A stretch of DNA of 64,000 nt from a virus (lineage: Duplodnaviria; Caudoviricetes), in the IMG/VR virus record IMGVR_UViG_3300042868_009047. One strand, 5' to 3'. The position numbers and the translations under genes are program-made. Shown here piece by piece: positions 56,090-64,000 of the stretch (the stretch's first letter is position 1; each line of letters opens with the position of its first letter). The notes below the pieces were generated by a model. That model was given only the letters and a program-made list of their open reading frames with translations. It made no database searches and had not been told where the DNA came from.

Positions 56090-56908
56090 TTAAAGAGTGA
56101 CAATTATTTGTTTACCACTTTTTTCTATTTTTACAATGTCTTTTGATAAAGCATTGTTAACAAATTTTAAATTATTTTTATCATTAAAATAGGTTATAAT
56201 CTTATCAATTGTTGTTGTTTTTATATTATTAAACTCAATTTTTTTTGTTTCTGGTGGGTTTTGTTTATCTACATACACAACAACCGTATTATTATCAGTG
56301 GTTAATATAATTTTGTTAGGGTCATTTGGATCTATCTGTTGAGTAACATTTGTTTTTATAAAACTATCACCTTTTAAAATAGCAGATAAATTTTTAGCGT
56401 TTAAAAAAACTAAATTTGCGCTATAGTTAATTTTAATGTCATTATATTTTTGTAAGTCCTCAAAATACGCCATTGTTAATATAATTAAAGCTACATCTTC
56501 TGCATGACCTAAAACACTATTTTCGTATTTAAGTGAATACGATCTAATAGGTCTATAATTTTTACCAACAATTTTTAATAAACTACTTTTAGCGTTGTCA
56601 AGATTTCTTTCGGCACTATTAGCTGAAACATTAGCCGCAACATTTGACTTTACATCGTTTGCTACAGCATTTGGGTCTTTTTTAGCATCTTCTTCAGATT
56701 TTTTTAAAAACTCTGAAAAACTTAAAGGTTTAATACTTTCAGCATAATCTTTATTGTTATCATCATCACTTTTATTTGGATCTGGATTTGGGTTTTTAAA
56801 ATCGGGTGATTTAGAAAATTTAACTTTATCACTACCAAATGGCCATATCTCATCCAACTTATTGACAAGCTTCTCTAATTGAGCTTCTGTTATAATATAT
56901 TTTTTCAT
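56090..56908 (-). CDS. Hypothetical protein
   Basis: 272-aa ORF with its own upstream TATTTATA motif; begins MKKYIITEAQLEKLV. Confidence 0.8.
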   Translation of the reverse strand: MKKYIITEAQLEKLVNKLDEIWPFGSDKVKFSKSPDFKNPNPDPNKSDDDNNKDYAESIKPLSFSEFLKKSEEDAKKDPNAVANDVKSNVAANVSANSAERNLDNAKSSLLKIVGKNYRPIRSYSLKYENSVLGHAEDVALIILTMAYFEDLQKYNDIKINYSANLVFLNAKNLSAILKGDSFIKTNVTQQIDPNDPNKIILTTDNNTVVVYVDKQNPPETKKIEFNNIKTTTIDKIITYFNDKNNLKFVNNALSKDIVKIEKSGKQIIVTL

Positions 56909-56921
56909 AACTGTGTTTTAA

Positions 56922-56931
56922 TATAAATATC
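56922..56931 (-). promoter_or_regulatory. Recurrent GATATTTATA motif
   Basis: 13 nt upstream of the ATG at 56908. Confidence 0.55.
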
Positions 56932-56942
56932 GAATAAAACAA

Positions 56943-56967
56943 AAAACCCACCTTGATAGTGGGTTTT
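56943..56967 (-). terminator. Rho-independent terminator after the chaperone pair
   Basis: AAAACCCAC-7 nt-GTGGGTTTT hairpin flanked by A/T tracts. Confidence 0.8.
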
Positions 56968-56969
56968 AT

Positions 56970-57218
56970 TTATCTTCTTCCAGCTTTCGCCTTATTCATC
57001 TCTCTTTCTCTTGCTTCTTTTATCTTATCATTTTCTTCCATCAAGATATCAATAAATTTCCTTCTCTCAAAAACTGGCATTGCCATTACGTCAGCATAGG
57101 TAAAATTAGCATGTTTAACCAGGATATATGATTCATACATCATCTGGTTTCTATAATCAAACGTAAGGCCAAAGAAATTTGGCTGTAATAGGAAGTTCAC
57201 CAAAAAAAAACTCTCCAC
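56970..57218 (-). CDS. Small tail assembly protein (gpT / T4 gp51-like), possibly expressed by frameshift from the upstream ORF
   Basis: YILVKHANFTYADVMAMPVFERRKFIDIL resembles gp51/gpT-type peptides. It lies in the +1 frame overlapping the upstream stop; an alternative ATG is at 57143. Confidence 0.6.
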   Translation of the reverse strand: MESFFLVNFLLQPNFFGLTFDYRNQMMYESYILVKHANFTYADVMAMPVFERRKFIDILMEENDKIKEAREREMNKAKAGRR

Positions 57219-57915
57219 TAGGAGCCTGTATATTAATGGTCAAATCAAGACCTGGTTCGTTGTCAGATAGATGCTTCCTGAACTCCGCTGAATCCATTGG
57301 TGACATGGTGTCAATAAATTGTGCAATAGCAACTTTTTCTCTAATACCATCTATTTCAGTAATTTGGGTTTGTAACCTAAGAGTCATAACTTGACTAATA
57401 GCATTTGAACCCATTTTTTTGGTTCTTGATTGATCTTCTTTAACCAACTTATCATCTTCATCAGATGTTAAATATTTAAATTTAACCGTTTTCTTGCATT
57501 TTGGTAAAGTAAATGAACACTCACCGTTTTCATCTGGTTGTAGAACATTCTCTTTCATTGGTAATTGACTAATATCAATATCCTCTGTAAATTTTTCACC
57601 TGTTTTAGGATCAGTTAATTCAACTGGGTATATTTCACCGTATCCTGTTGCTCTTAAAAAGAAAATGATAGCGTTTCTATCACCTGGTAATAATTGACCA
57701 GCTTTGATATCTTTATCTAAGATCTTTTTTTCTAATAAAACATCCAATACCTTACCGTTTTGTAATAAGTTTGGGGATGTTAAAATGTTCTCATCAGACG
57801 CTGTCATATAAGCAACCTTGATAGTATCTTTTTTGTTTTTGTAAAATTTACCACCTGAAGGTAAGCTAATCACGTCATGTGCTGGCTCAAAGTAAACTTG
57901 TTGTCCGTTATCCAT
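57157..57915 (-). CDS. Tail assembly chaperone / baseplate hub assembly protein (gpG / T4 gp26-like)
   Basis: ISLPSGGKFY, YMTASDENIL, GDRNAIIFFLR..GYG, LPKCKKTVKFKYLT; located between tube and tape-measure genes. Confidence 0.75.
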   Translation of the reverse strand: MDNGQQVYFEPAHDVISLPSGGKFYKNKKDTIKVAYMTASDENILTSPNLLQNGKVLDVLLEKKILDKDIKAGQLLPGDRNAIIFFLRATGYGEIYPVELTDPKTGEKFTEDIDISQLPMKENVLQPDENGECSFTLPKCKKTVKFKYLTSDEDDKLVKEDQSRTKKMGSNAISQVMTLRLQTQITEIDGIREKVAIAQFIDTMSPMDSAEFRKHLSDNEPGLDLTINIQAPSGEFFFGELPITAKFLWPYV

Positions 57916-58031
57916 ATTTTTTATTTATTTAAATTAATTATAGTATATTATTAAATAGTGTAAACAGTATTTTTTTTAAAATTTACCGTTTAACCGTTTT
58001 TTGACGGTACTTATCATAATAATACACACAT

Positions 58032-58433
58032 ATGGCTAAAAAGAAAAGTAAAATAGGAAAATTATTTAAAAAAATGGGTGGAACTTCTAACCTTGAAGTA
58101 TCTTTTGCTGAAATACTTACAAGTTTGGGTGTAAAGTTTGAACAACATTTTGTCTTTAAAAAACGAGAATTTGATTTTTTGTTGACTGAACATAACATTT
58201 TGGTTGAAACTCACGGTTGTTTTTTCCATTGTTGTAAGAAACACAACCCAGAGGCCAAATACGCCTTTCAAAGACGAAACTTAAAGAATGATCAGTACAA
58301 GGTTAAAATCGTCAAATTTGACCCCGCATACACCTTAATGGTAATTTGGGAACATGAGTTGGAAACTCAAAACGTATTAACTGAAAAAATTAATACTTTC
58401 ATTGGAAAATACAGCAAATTGCTTAATGGATAA
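58032..58433 (+). CDS. Vsr/DUF559-like (PD-(D/E)xK) endonuclease, possibly a free-standing homing endonuclease
   Basis: NLEVSFAEIL...FDF...VETHGCFFHCC...LMVIWEHE mirrors the Vsr HGCFWH and WECE motifs; the only complete plus-strand gene in the window. Confidence 0.75.
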   Translation: MAKKKSKIGKLFKKMGGTSNLEVSFAEILTSLGVKFEQHFVFKKREFDFLLTEHNILVETHGCFFHCCKKHNPEAKYAFQRRNLKNDQYKVKIVKFDPAYTLMVIWEHELETQNVLTEKINTFIGKYSKLLNG

Positions 58434-58463
58434 AAAAAGGGGACGCTATGCGATCCCCTTTTT
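58434..58463. terminator. Bidirectional terminator between the convergent endonuclease and tube genes
   Basis: AAAAAGGGGA-10 nt-TCCCCTTTTT. Confidence 0.85.
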
Positions 58464-58483
58464 GTAAATAGTAATTGTAAATC

Positions 58484-58972
58484 TTAGTAGACCAATATAC
58501 AACGGTCCATTCTCAATGTCACGGTGATATCTGCGATTTCATCATCGCTGTATTCTAACGATCCAAAATCAGCATTGGTTATAAATGTACCTTGAAGGAT
58601 CCATTTTTCTACAACAACACCTGTTGGATCAAGCATTTCTAATTCAATATCTTTTTTATAACCAGCAGCATAACCCATTCTTCCTGTTACTGATTCAGCA
58701 TGTAAACGAACCCATTCCATTAATGCTTGTGAAGCAGAAGGACCAATTGGATCTTTAAACGTAACGTCAATAGCATCCCAAGTAAATCTACCAGCTACCC
58801 AGGTAGAAGTATTTAAGAACGGAATCTCAACTTCGTTTATTGCGATTTTTGGTCTTGACGTAGAGATTACAAACCACTCGTTAATACCAAGTGAGCTTGG
58901 AAATCTTAAAATAAACCTGTTCTTTCTTTTTGGTTCGTAAGGAACAGGCATTTTCATTAGTAAGTTAGCCAT
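58484..58972 (-). CDS. Tail tube protein, T4 gp19-like
   Basis: EPKRKNRFILRF, AGRFTW, YKKDIELEMLDPTGVVVEKWIL, ITVTLRMD; adjacent to the sheath gene. Confidence 0.92.
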   Translation of the reverse strand: MANLLMKMPVPYEPKRKNRFILRFPSSLGINEWFVISTSRPKIAINEVEIPFLNTSTWVAGRFTWDAIDVTFKDPIGPSASQALMEWVRLHAESVTGRMGYAAGYKKDIELEMLDPTGVVVEKWILQGTFITNADFGSLEYSDDEIADITVTLRMDRCILVY

Positions 58973-59008
58973 ATTTTTTCTTTATTTAATTTTGTTTTAT
59001 TGTTTATT

Positions 59009-59018
59009 TATAAATATC
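59009..59018 (-). promoter_or_regulatory. Recurrent GATATTTATA motif upstream of the tube gene
   Basis: 36 nt upstream of the ATG at 58972. Confidence 0.55.
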
Positions 59019-59065
59019 TTTGTTTTTGCTTTTGTACACCTTTTTAAAAAAATATTTCAAAATAC

Positions 59066-59096
59066 TTGACTTTTACAGTTTTTTATCTTATTTTTG
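59066..59096 (+). promoter_or_regulatory. Bacteroidota/sigma70-type promoter oriented antisense to the tail operon
   Basis: TTG-N20-TATTTTTG (perfect TAnnTTTG); also reads as TTGACT-N17-TATTTT. Confidence 0.55.
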
Positions 59097-59243
59097 TTAA
59101 GGGTCTTAACCAAAGTACTCTATTATTATAGTACTATAATATAATACTAATAATATTCTATTATATATATGTACTATATATTATTTTTTCTTTGTTACTT
59201 TCTTTTTTACCGCTAACGTAAATCTACCTACGGTAAAAAATAT

Positions 59244-59266
59244 GGGGGTACTTTTAAGGCACCCCC
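59244..59266 (-). terminator. Terminator downstream of the sheath gene
   Basis: GGGGGT...ACCCCC stem, followed on the minus strand by ATATTTTTT. Confidence 0.6.
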
Positions 59267-59273
59267 AGTATTA

Positions 59274-62200
59274 TTATATATTATCAAATAGTACGTTTTG
59301 TGGAGTTACTGTAAATTCAAGTTCAATGAATTCCAAAGTAGGTGTTGGTTTGATAAAGATTTTACCTTTTAAAGTATTTCTATCGTTATCTTCAACGTCC
59401 ATCGCAACGCTAACTCTAAAGTCTGTTAAACCTCTTTCTTTTCTAATGTTATCCAAAATTGGGTTAACCAATGACAAGAATTGATTTCTAACTGTGGTAT
59501 CGTTTGGATCAAATAATAATCTCTTAGATACACTCATAATCAATCTTCTTGCTTGTAATAACAATCTTCTAATGTTAAGTCTATCAAGAGCGCTTGATTT
59601 AATTTGCAAGTTTCTGTTACCCCAGATAACAACACCAATGTCTGAATAAGTTGCTAATGGGTTAATTCTTCCTGGATATAAAACATCTCTAGCTTCTTGA
59701 TCAAGAACAATACGAGCTCTATTACATTTTACTAAACCTCTATTGTAACCAGCAGTTGCAAACCAAGGGAACGCTACGTTATCAGTATAAGCCATATTTC
59801 TTACTACCTCAGCAGTAGGTGGAATATACAAGTTTGCGTTATTCTCTGTATCTGTGATTTGAATCCAAGGGTAGTAAACCGCAGTGTAGTTAGAATCAAT
59901 ATCAGTGTTTTCTAATTCACTAACGATATCTTCAGCATAGTACCAACTTTCAGTATCTGAAGGGTTGTTATTGTTTAACAACTTGATATCAGGTAATGTT
60001 GGTAAGTAAATAGCATCCAATCTCTTCTCTTCAACAACTTCAATAGCGTCTCTAACCAAGTCAGTATTATTTAACACGTCAATACCAGGTGTAGCCAAGA
60101 TATTGATAGCTGTTTCTTCAGGGTTTTGGAATGTTTTGATACCATACATTGTAGCGTAGTAATCAGAAGTACCGAATAATTCAGCGTATTCAACGTTTGT
60201 AAATGTATCAAATGTACCAGCTACGAAACCAGTTCTACCGATTTTATAATCATCCGTATTCGTTCTGTTAACTCTATATTCATCCCAACCATCAAAACCA
60301 CCAGAAAATAACGTTGTGAATTTTCTTGTTCTCATGTTATTATATGGGTGAGTTGATGTTCCATCAACAACGATAGCATCAACGAATGAAGCAACACCAA
60401 CAGCAAAAACTTGTTCACCAGTTACGGAATCAATAACACTGCTTGCGTTAATATCCATGTGGAAACCTTTTGTTTTAGTTGTGTAATCATCACCAGTATT
60501 ATAAGCGTTATCACCTATTGTGCTGATCTTACCTTTGAATAACAATAAATCTCTATCAACACCAAATTGACTTGAGAAACCTAAGTAATGTTTTCTTATT
60601 ACATCACCACTAGAAACCGTAGCATTAGCAAATGGTGGGTTGTAAATCGTATCACCAGGTGCATAATATTTAAGTTTGTATGGTATTTCTGGAACAGCTG
60701 TTGCTGTGTAACCAGTTAAAGCGTTTGTTCTAAATTCATAACCTTCGAAACCAGCTGGAACACCATCTGTAGGTGCGTTTATAGCCATTTCAAGTACAAC
60801 GTAAGAACTCTTAAGTGGGTATTTGTTATCAATTGTACCGATTTTTCTACCAACAAAGTTATCCAAACTTTCATCCATTGTACAATCAACAAATTTTTCA
60901 AGTATAGAAACGTTTGCATCGGTATCACTGAATAATCTAACGTAGATATCAAATGTTTTCTTAGATAAGTCAACATTAGTGATTGAAGCTTTAATTTCAG
61001 TATTAGCGTTAGCACCATCAGAGATTGAAATTAATCTAAACAATCTTTGTGGTAAACCACCTCTTAATTCAGATACAAAGAAAGGTGTTACAGGTGATTG
61101 ATATTGGAATCTATAGTGATCCCAGTTATTAACAGATGTTAATTCACTGTATAAACCTTTAATTTTACCGTTTAATCTACCAAATTTTAAAGAAGCATCG
61201 TAAACATCCTCAACATAGATATAAGAATCTTTATTGTTAGGTGTTGTACCAATTACTTTTTTAATGTAGTTAGATTTTGTGCTATCTAAAGAAACTGTGT
61301 ACGTAAATGTGCTACCAGTTGGGTTTGCGGTTGTACCAGTTAACTCAAAAGCTAAATAAGGATCATTAACAATGTCTGCTGGAGCAACCATATCTAATGT
61401 ATTAACTTTATAACCTAATATATCTGAAGTATAAGTACCTCTGCTTCTTATAGTAGCAACGTTTTTATTGTGACCATCTATAAATGGATCAACCGTTAAA
61501 TCAACATTGAATAACTCTAAAACACCATTAATTTTTTGTGCACCAGCAGATGTAAATGTATGACAATATAAAGCAAATGAAGGCCCGTTATATGTTTGAG
61601 TGGCTGTGTTATACGCTAACTCATTGTTTAATATAAAAGCATCTCTATCAGCAGTTGGAACACCAAATGGTAATTCATATGCATCAATGTAAGTTGGTGT
61701 TAAACTGTTTGTGGCTGCATCAACTGTTAAATCAGTGTCCATATCATCGGTCAAAAGACCCCAATATAAAGCGTTACCAATATAAAAATCTTGTGTGTTA
61801 TAACCACCGATACTTGTGAAGAATTGATTAAATACTGTATCAAAATCAGTTGCAGCAACACCAGTTGCGGTAGCAATATAATCAATTAAATCTGTGTTAC
61901 CAGAACCACCAGTAATATAGAAAGTATTATCATCAGTATCAAATTGAAAATTAATTGTTGTTTGAGTAACACCAGTATGTGTTAACGTTGACTCATCACA
62001 CGCACCTAATGTTTTAATAACCCAAGCCATACCAGCATCGTAGCCAGATAAACCCAAAAGTCTTGTTACATACATTTGGTTTGATTGTGTTAAATACTGT
62101 TTTGCTATGTATGGTAATTCATACTTTACAATTTGTGTATTTTTAAATTTTTCTGGATTAGTACCACCAAAAGTAGTCTTAAATTCATCAAAATTTCTGA

Positions 62201-62339
62201 TGAACATTGGTTGGAACGCTGGACCCTTTAAGGTTTCACCCACTACACCTAATGTTGTAACACCAACTGTCTCAGTTGTAAATGTTAAATCTTTTTCGGT
62301 TGTGTAGACACCTGGAGACGCATAAACTTTGTTTGCCAT
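59274..62339 (-). CDS. Tail sheath protein, T4 gp18-like
   Basis: N-terminal SPGVYTTEKDL..GVVGETLKGP and C-terminal RINPLAT..VIWGNRNL..ALDRLNIRRLL; 1021 aa with insertion domains. Confidence 0.95.
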   Translation of the reverse strand: MANKVYASPGVYTTEKDLTFTTETVGVTTLGVVGETLKGPAFQPMFIRNFDEFKTTFGGTNPEKFKNTQIVKYELPYIAKQYLTQSNQMYVTRLLGLSGYDAGMAWVIKTLGACDESTLTHTGVTQTTINFQFDTDDNTFYITGGSGNTDLIDYIATATGVAATDFDTVFNQFFTSIGGYNTQDFYIGNALYWGLLTDDMDTDLTVDAATNSLTPTYIDAYELPFGVPTADRDAFILNNELAYNTATQTYNGPSFALYCHTFTSAGAQKINGVLELFNVDLTVDPFIDGHNKNVATIRSRGTYTSDILGYKVNTLDMVAPADIVNDPYLAFELTGTTANPTGSTFTYTVSLDSTKSNYIKKVIGTTPNNKDSYIYVEDVYDASLKFGRLNGKIKGLYSELTSVNNWDHYRFQYQSPVTPFFVSELRGGLPQRLFRLISISDGANANTEIKASITNVDLSKKTFDIYVRLFSDTDANVSILEKFVDCTMDESLDNFVGRKIGTIDNKYPLKSSYVVLEMAINAPTDGVPAGFEGYEFRTNALTGYTATAVPEIPYKLKYYAPGDTIYNPPFANATVSSGDVIRKHYLGFSSQFGVDRDLLLFKGKISTIGDNAYNTGDDYTTKTKGFHMDINASSVIDSVTGEQVFAVGVASFVDAIVVDGTSTHPYNNMRTRKFTTLFSGGFDGWDEYRVNRTNTDDYKIGRTGFVAGTFDTFTNVEYAELFGTSDYYATMYGIKTFQNPEETAINILATPGIDVLNNTDLVRDAIEVVEEKRLDAIYLPTLPDIKLLNNNNPSDTESWYYAEDIVSELENTDIDSNYTAVYYPWIQITDTENNANLYIPPTAEVVRNMAYTDNVAFPWFATAGYNRGLVKCNRARIVLDQEARDVLYPGRINPLATYSDIGVVIWGNRNLQIKSSALDRLNIRRLLLQARRLIMSVSKRLLFDPNDTTVRNQFLSLVNPILDNIRKERGLTDFRVSVAMDVEDNDRNTLKGKIFIKPTPTLEFIELEFTVTPQNVLFDNI

Positions 62340-62376
62340 ATTTAGTTAATTTTATTTATTTAATTTTATCTTATTC

Positions 62377-62385
62377 ATAAATATC
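62377..62385 (-). promoter_or_regulatory. Recurrent GATATTTAT motif upstream of the sheath gene
   Basis: 37 nt upstream of the ATG at 62339. Confidence 0.55.
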
Positions 62386-62442
62386 GGATTTTTTACCAAA
62401 AAACCAGAATACCACTTCATTTTTAAAATTCTTTATTTATTT

Positions 62443-63210
62443 TTAAATATTTTCTGTTATTGTAAAAGTTCTACTAATCGCTGGTGTTACAATATAATCG
62501 TCTGGATCTGATAAAAATCCTTGTAAATTAAAATTGTACAGTTGCACGTAAAACCTTTTATTATTAAGATCAGTCACTTGACTTTCATCTGAAGAATCTT
62601 CTAAAACAATTGGAATATAATGTCCATTAACCACCGTATAAGCTTGTCTGCTTTGGAAATTTTTTAAAACCGTGGCGTTAAATTTATTAAGTTCTTGTTG
62701 TCTGTAAGCAAAAATTCTAACATCATAAGTTATATCAACAGGTATTGGTTGTGGTATTTTATAAACGTCAACACCAATTTTATTACCATCCCAAGTTGGA
62801 ACTTCAGCATATGTGTAATGTTTTCCTGTTGGTATGTTATAAATTAAAGATGGGTTTGTACCATATTTTGTATCTGGATTTCTAACAATATTAACAAAAG
62901 GTATTTTTAAATTTTTATATTCATCTGAAAATTTCCATGTTTGTGAAAACTCATTCCATTTTTGAATACCCATCATAAACACAGGGACTTTTTCACCGTC
63001 AATAGAAATAGCTAATTCGTTAGTAATAAAATCTTTAAAACCTCTATCTAAATCAATGTGCATAACACCTTTTGGTAAATAAGTGTCTTTATTGATAATC
63101 ATATCTTTCATATTTTCAGCCGCACCGCTTTGCATTGAGTAAGGATACTCGATGTTAGCACGTTGTTGTGTTAGATTGATTTTCTTTTTGAATGAACCTG
63201 GTAAAGCCAT
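62443..63210 (-). CDS. Tail completion / sheath terminator protein, T4 gp15-like
   Basis: IPQPIPVDITYDVRIF...QQELNKF; position between neck and sheath genes. Confidence 0.6.
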   Translation of the reverse strand: MALPGSFKKKINLTQQRANIEYPYSMQSGAAENMKDMIINKDTYLPKGVMHIDLDRGFKDFITNELAISIDGEKVPVFMMGIQKWNEFSQTWKFSDEYKNLKIPFVNIVRNPDTKYGTNPSLIYNIPTGKHYTYAEVPTWDGNKIGVDVYKIPQPIPVDITYDVRIFAYRQQELNKFNATVLKNFQSRQAYTVVNGHYIPIVLEDSSDESQVTDLNNKRFYVQLYNFNLQGFLSDPDDYIVTPAISRTFTITENI

Positions 63211-63212
63211 GA

Positions 63213-63734
63213 TTATACTCCCTTAAATACGTTAGGATCAACGTTTGTACATTTTATTCTTCTAAAATAACCAGAATAACCAAATTGAGTACTTGGATTA
63301 TCCGTATTTACTTTATCATCGTCAAAAACGGTAAAATATTTTAAATTGTTTTGTTTATCCGAATAACCAACAATATCCCCATAACTTATTTCAGTATTTT
63401 TTTCATTAAGTTGTTTTTGTAAAACCATAAACTCAAGATTACCATAATCTTGATACCTTAAATTACCGTTTGGTGAATATGATTTATTCTCACCGTTTTC
63501 AAGTTTAAGAATAACCTTTAACTCAACGGGTGATAAAAATCTGACATCATTTACATTACTTTCACCGTAAACGTCATCCATTTGGGTGTTAACTCTGTCA
63601 ACTCTAAATAAAACAACAGTAAAATTCATATCCCCCTCAATAAGCTCTGTCGCCATATCAAGCTCTAGTTGAAAATCCTCTTCATCATAAAACCTATTCA
63701 ACCTTGTATTTGGTATTCTAGTTTTTCTTTCCAT
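63213..63734 (-). CDS. Neck / head-tail connector protein, T4 gp14-like
   Basis: MERKTRIP...VYGES...GDIV...YF.V. ATG at 63734 follows the TATTTATA motif and an A-rich leader, so it is preferred over the track start at 63848. Confidence 0.6.
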   Translation of the reverse strand: MERKTRIPNTRLNRFYDEEDFQLELDMATELIEGDMNFTVVLFRVDRVNTQMDDVYGESNVNDVRFLSPVELKVILKLENGENKSYSPNGNLRYQDYGNLEFMVLQKQLNEKNTEISYGDIVGYSDKQNNLKYFTVFDDDKVNTDNPSTQFGYSGYFRRIKCTNVDPNVFKGV

Positions 63735-63745
63735 TATTGTTTTTA

Positions 63746-63753
63746 TATAAATA
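63746..63753 (-). promoter_or_regulatory. Recurrent TATTTATA motif upstream of the neck gene
   Basis: 11 nt upstream of the ATG at 63734. Confidence 0.55.
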
Positions 63754-63771
63754 GTTTGATTTATTAATGAA

Positions 63772-63802
63772 TTGACTTTGTCATAAAAATTTATTATTAT
63801 TG
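63772..63802 (+). promoter_or_regulatory. Bacteroidota/sigma70-type promoter upstream of the partial plus-strand ORF
   Basis: TTG-N20-TATTATTG; also reads as TTGACT-N17-TATTAT. Confidence 0.55.
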
Positions 63803-63834
63803 AGTAATAATAAATTAAAGGAAAACAAACATAA

Positions 63835-64000
63835 ATGCAGTTACCCATAGAAAAGAGAGCGCTGGATATATTAAAAACATATAAAGGGTCAAATGATTAT
63901 ATATTGGGTATACAAAACACATACTTTACGAGTAAAAGTTTTATACCAACAAAAAACCAAAGCGATTATGTTATTAAAAACGGTAATGTTGACCCTGTTG
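63835..64000 (+). CDS. Hypothetical protein, partial (runs off the window end), divergent from the tail operon
   Basis: ATG CAG TTA CCC... (MQLPIEKRALDILKTYKGSNDYIL...) is open to the window end, with a promoter and an A-rich leader. Product not determinable from 55 codons. Confidence 0.65.
   Translation, partial: MQLPIEKRALDILKTYKGSNDYILGIQNTYFTSKSFIPTKNQSDYVIKNGNVDPV

Noticed and set aside
59242-59484. 80-aa plus-strand ORF as the product of the antisense promoter
   Set aside because: It starts inside the terminator hairpin and mostly overlaps the sheath C-terminus antisense, with no recognisable protein features.
3702-62307. Many short ORFs in the track that lie antisense or out of frame within long genes (e.g. 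9575..9922, 25020..25397, 45184..45513, 48013..48381, 50522..50851, 51260..51700, 52049..52414)
   Set aside because: They are fully nested in well-supported genes, have no leaders or motifs, and show the low-complexity composition of shadow ORFs.
20970-62442. tRNA or rRNA genes in the intergenic gaps
   Set aside because: Most gaps are under 120 bp; all are AT-rich and show no cloverleaf or T-loop (GTTCGA) signature.
63735-63848. Track-predicted N-terminal extensions of the neck gene (and of ssb at 29527-29571 and the ORF at 26429-26455)
   Set aside because: The extensions run through promoter regions or overlap neighbouring genes; downstream ATGs have proper leaders.
1-64000. Stop-codon reassignment (common in some jumbo phages)
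   Set aside because: ORFs up to 2922 aa are intact in the standard code, coding density is near complete, and TGA acts as a real stop in overlaps (16485, 30670). TAG usage was not counted, so it cannot be fully excluded.
1-64000. Interpretation as a chromosomal extracellular contractile injection system rather than a phage
   Set aside because: Neck proteins and a phage-type replication cassette (gp32-like SSB, gp41-like helicase, UvsX-like recombinase, nrdAB) are interleaved with the tail genes, and no host housekeeping context is seen.

Overview
AT-rich (about 70% A+T by eye), densely coding segment of a large myovirus-type (jumbo-like) phage genome, read in the standard genetic code. Almost all genes are on the minus strand. 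Reading in the direction of transcription (right to left): neck protein, tail terminator, sheath, tube, an inverted Vsr/DUF559-like endonuclease, a tail chaperone pair, two paralogous tape-measure-like genes, a 2922-aa tube-initiator-like protein, a LysM/gp53-like protein, baseplate hub proteins (one with M23 and lysozyme domains), a replication cassette (ssb, recA-like, 5'-3' exonuclease, DnaB-like helicase, nrdB, nrdA), gp25- and gp6-like wedge genes, several uncharacterised baseplate-region genes, a 2472-aa gp7/P2-gpI-like protein and tail-collar-fibre-like genes. Bacteroidota-type promoters (TAnnTTTG), A-rich leaders without Shine-Dalgarno sites and the NrdB type point to a Bacteroidota host (inference). 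The most notable observations are twin tape-measure paralogs, a candidate +1/-2 frameshift in the chaperone pair, an OmpA-like domain inserted in a tube-initiator fold preceded by a 60-aa repeat array, strong [ST]-G-x-T enrichment in virion proteins, an in-frame TAA-AAG-ATG split in the hub, a reversed T4-late-like upstream motif, and an origin- or sRNA-like intergenic element. All family assignments come from motif recognition by eye; no database searches were run.
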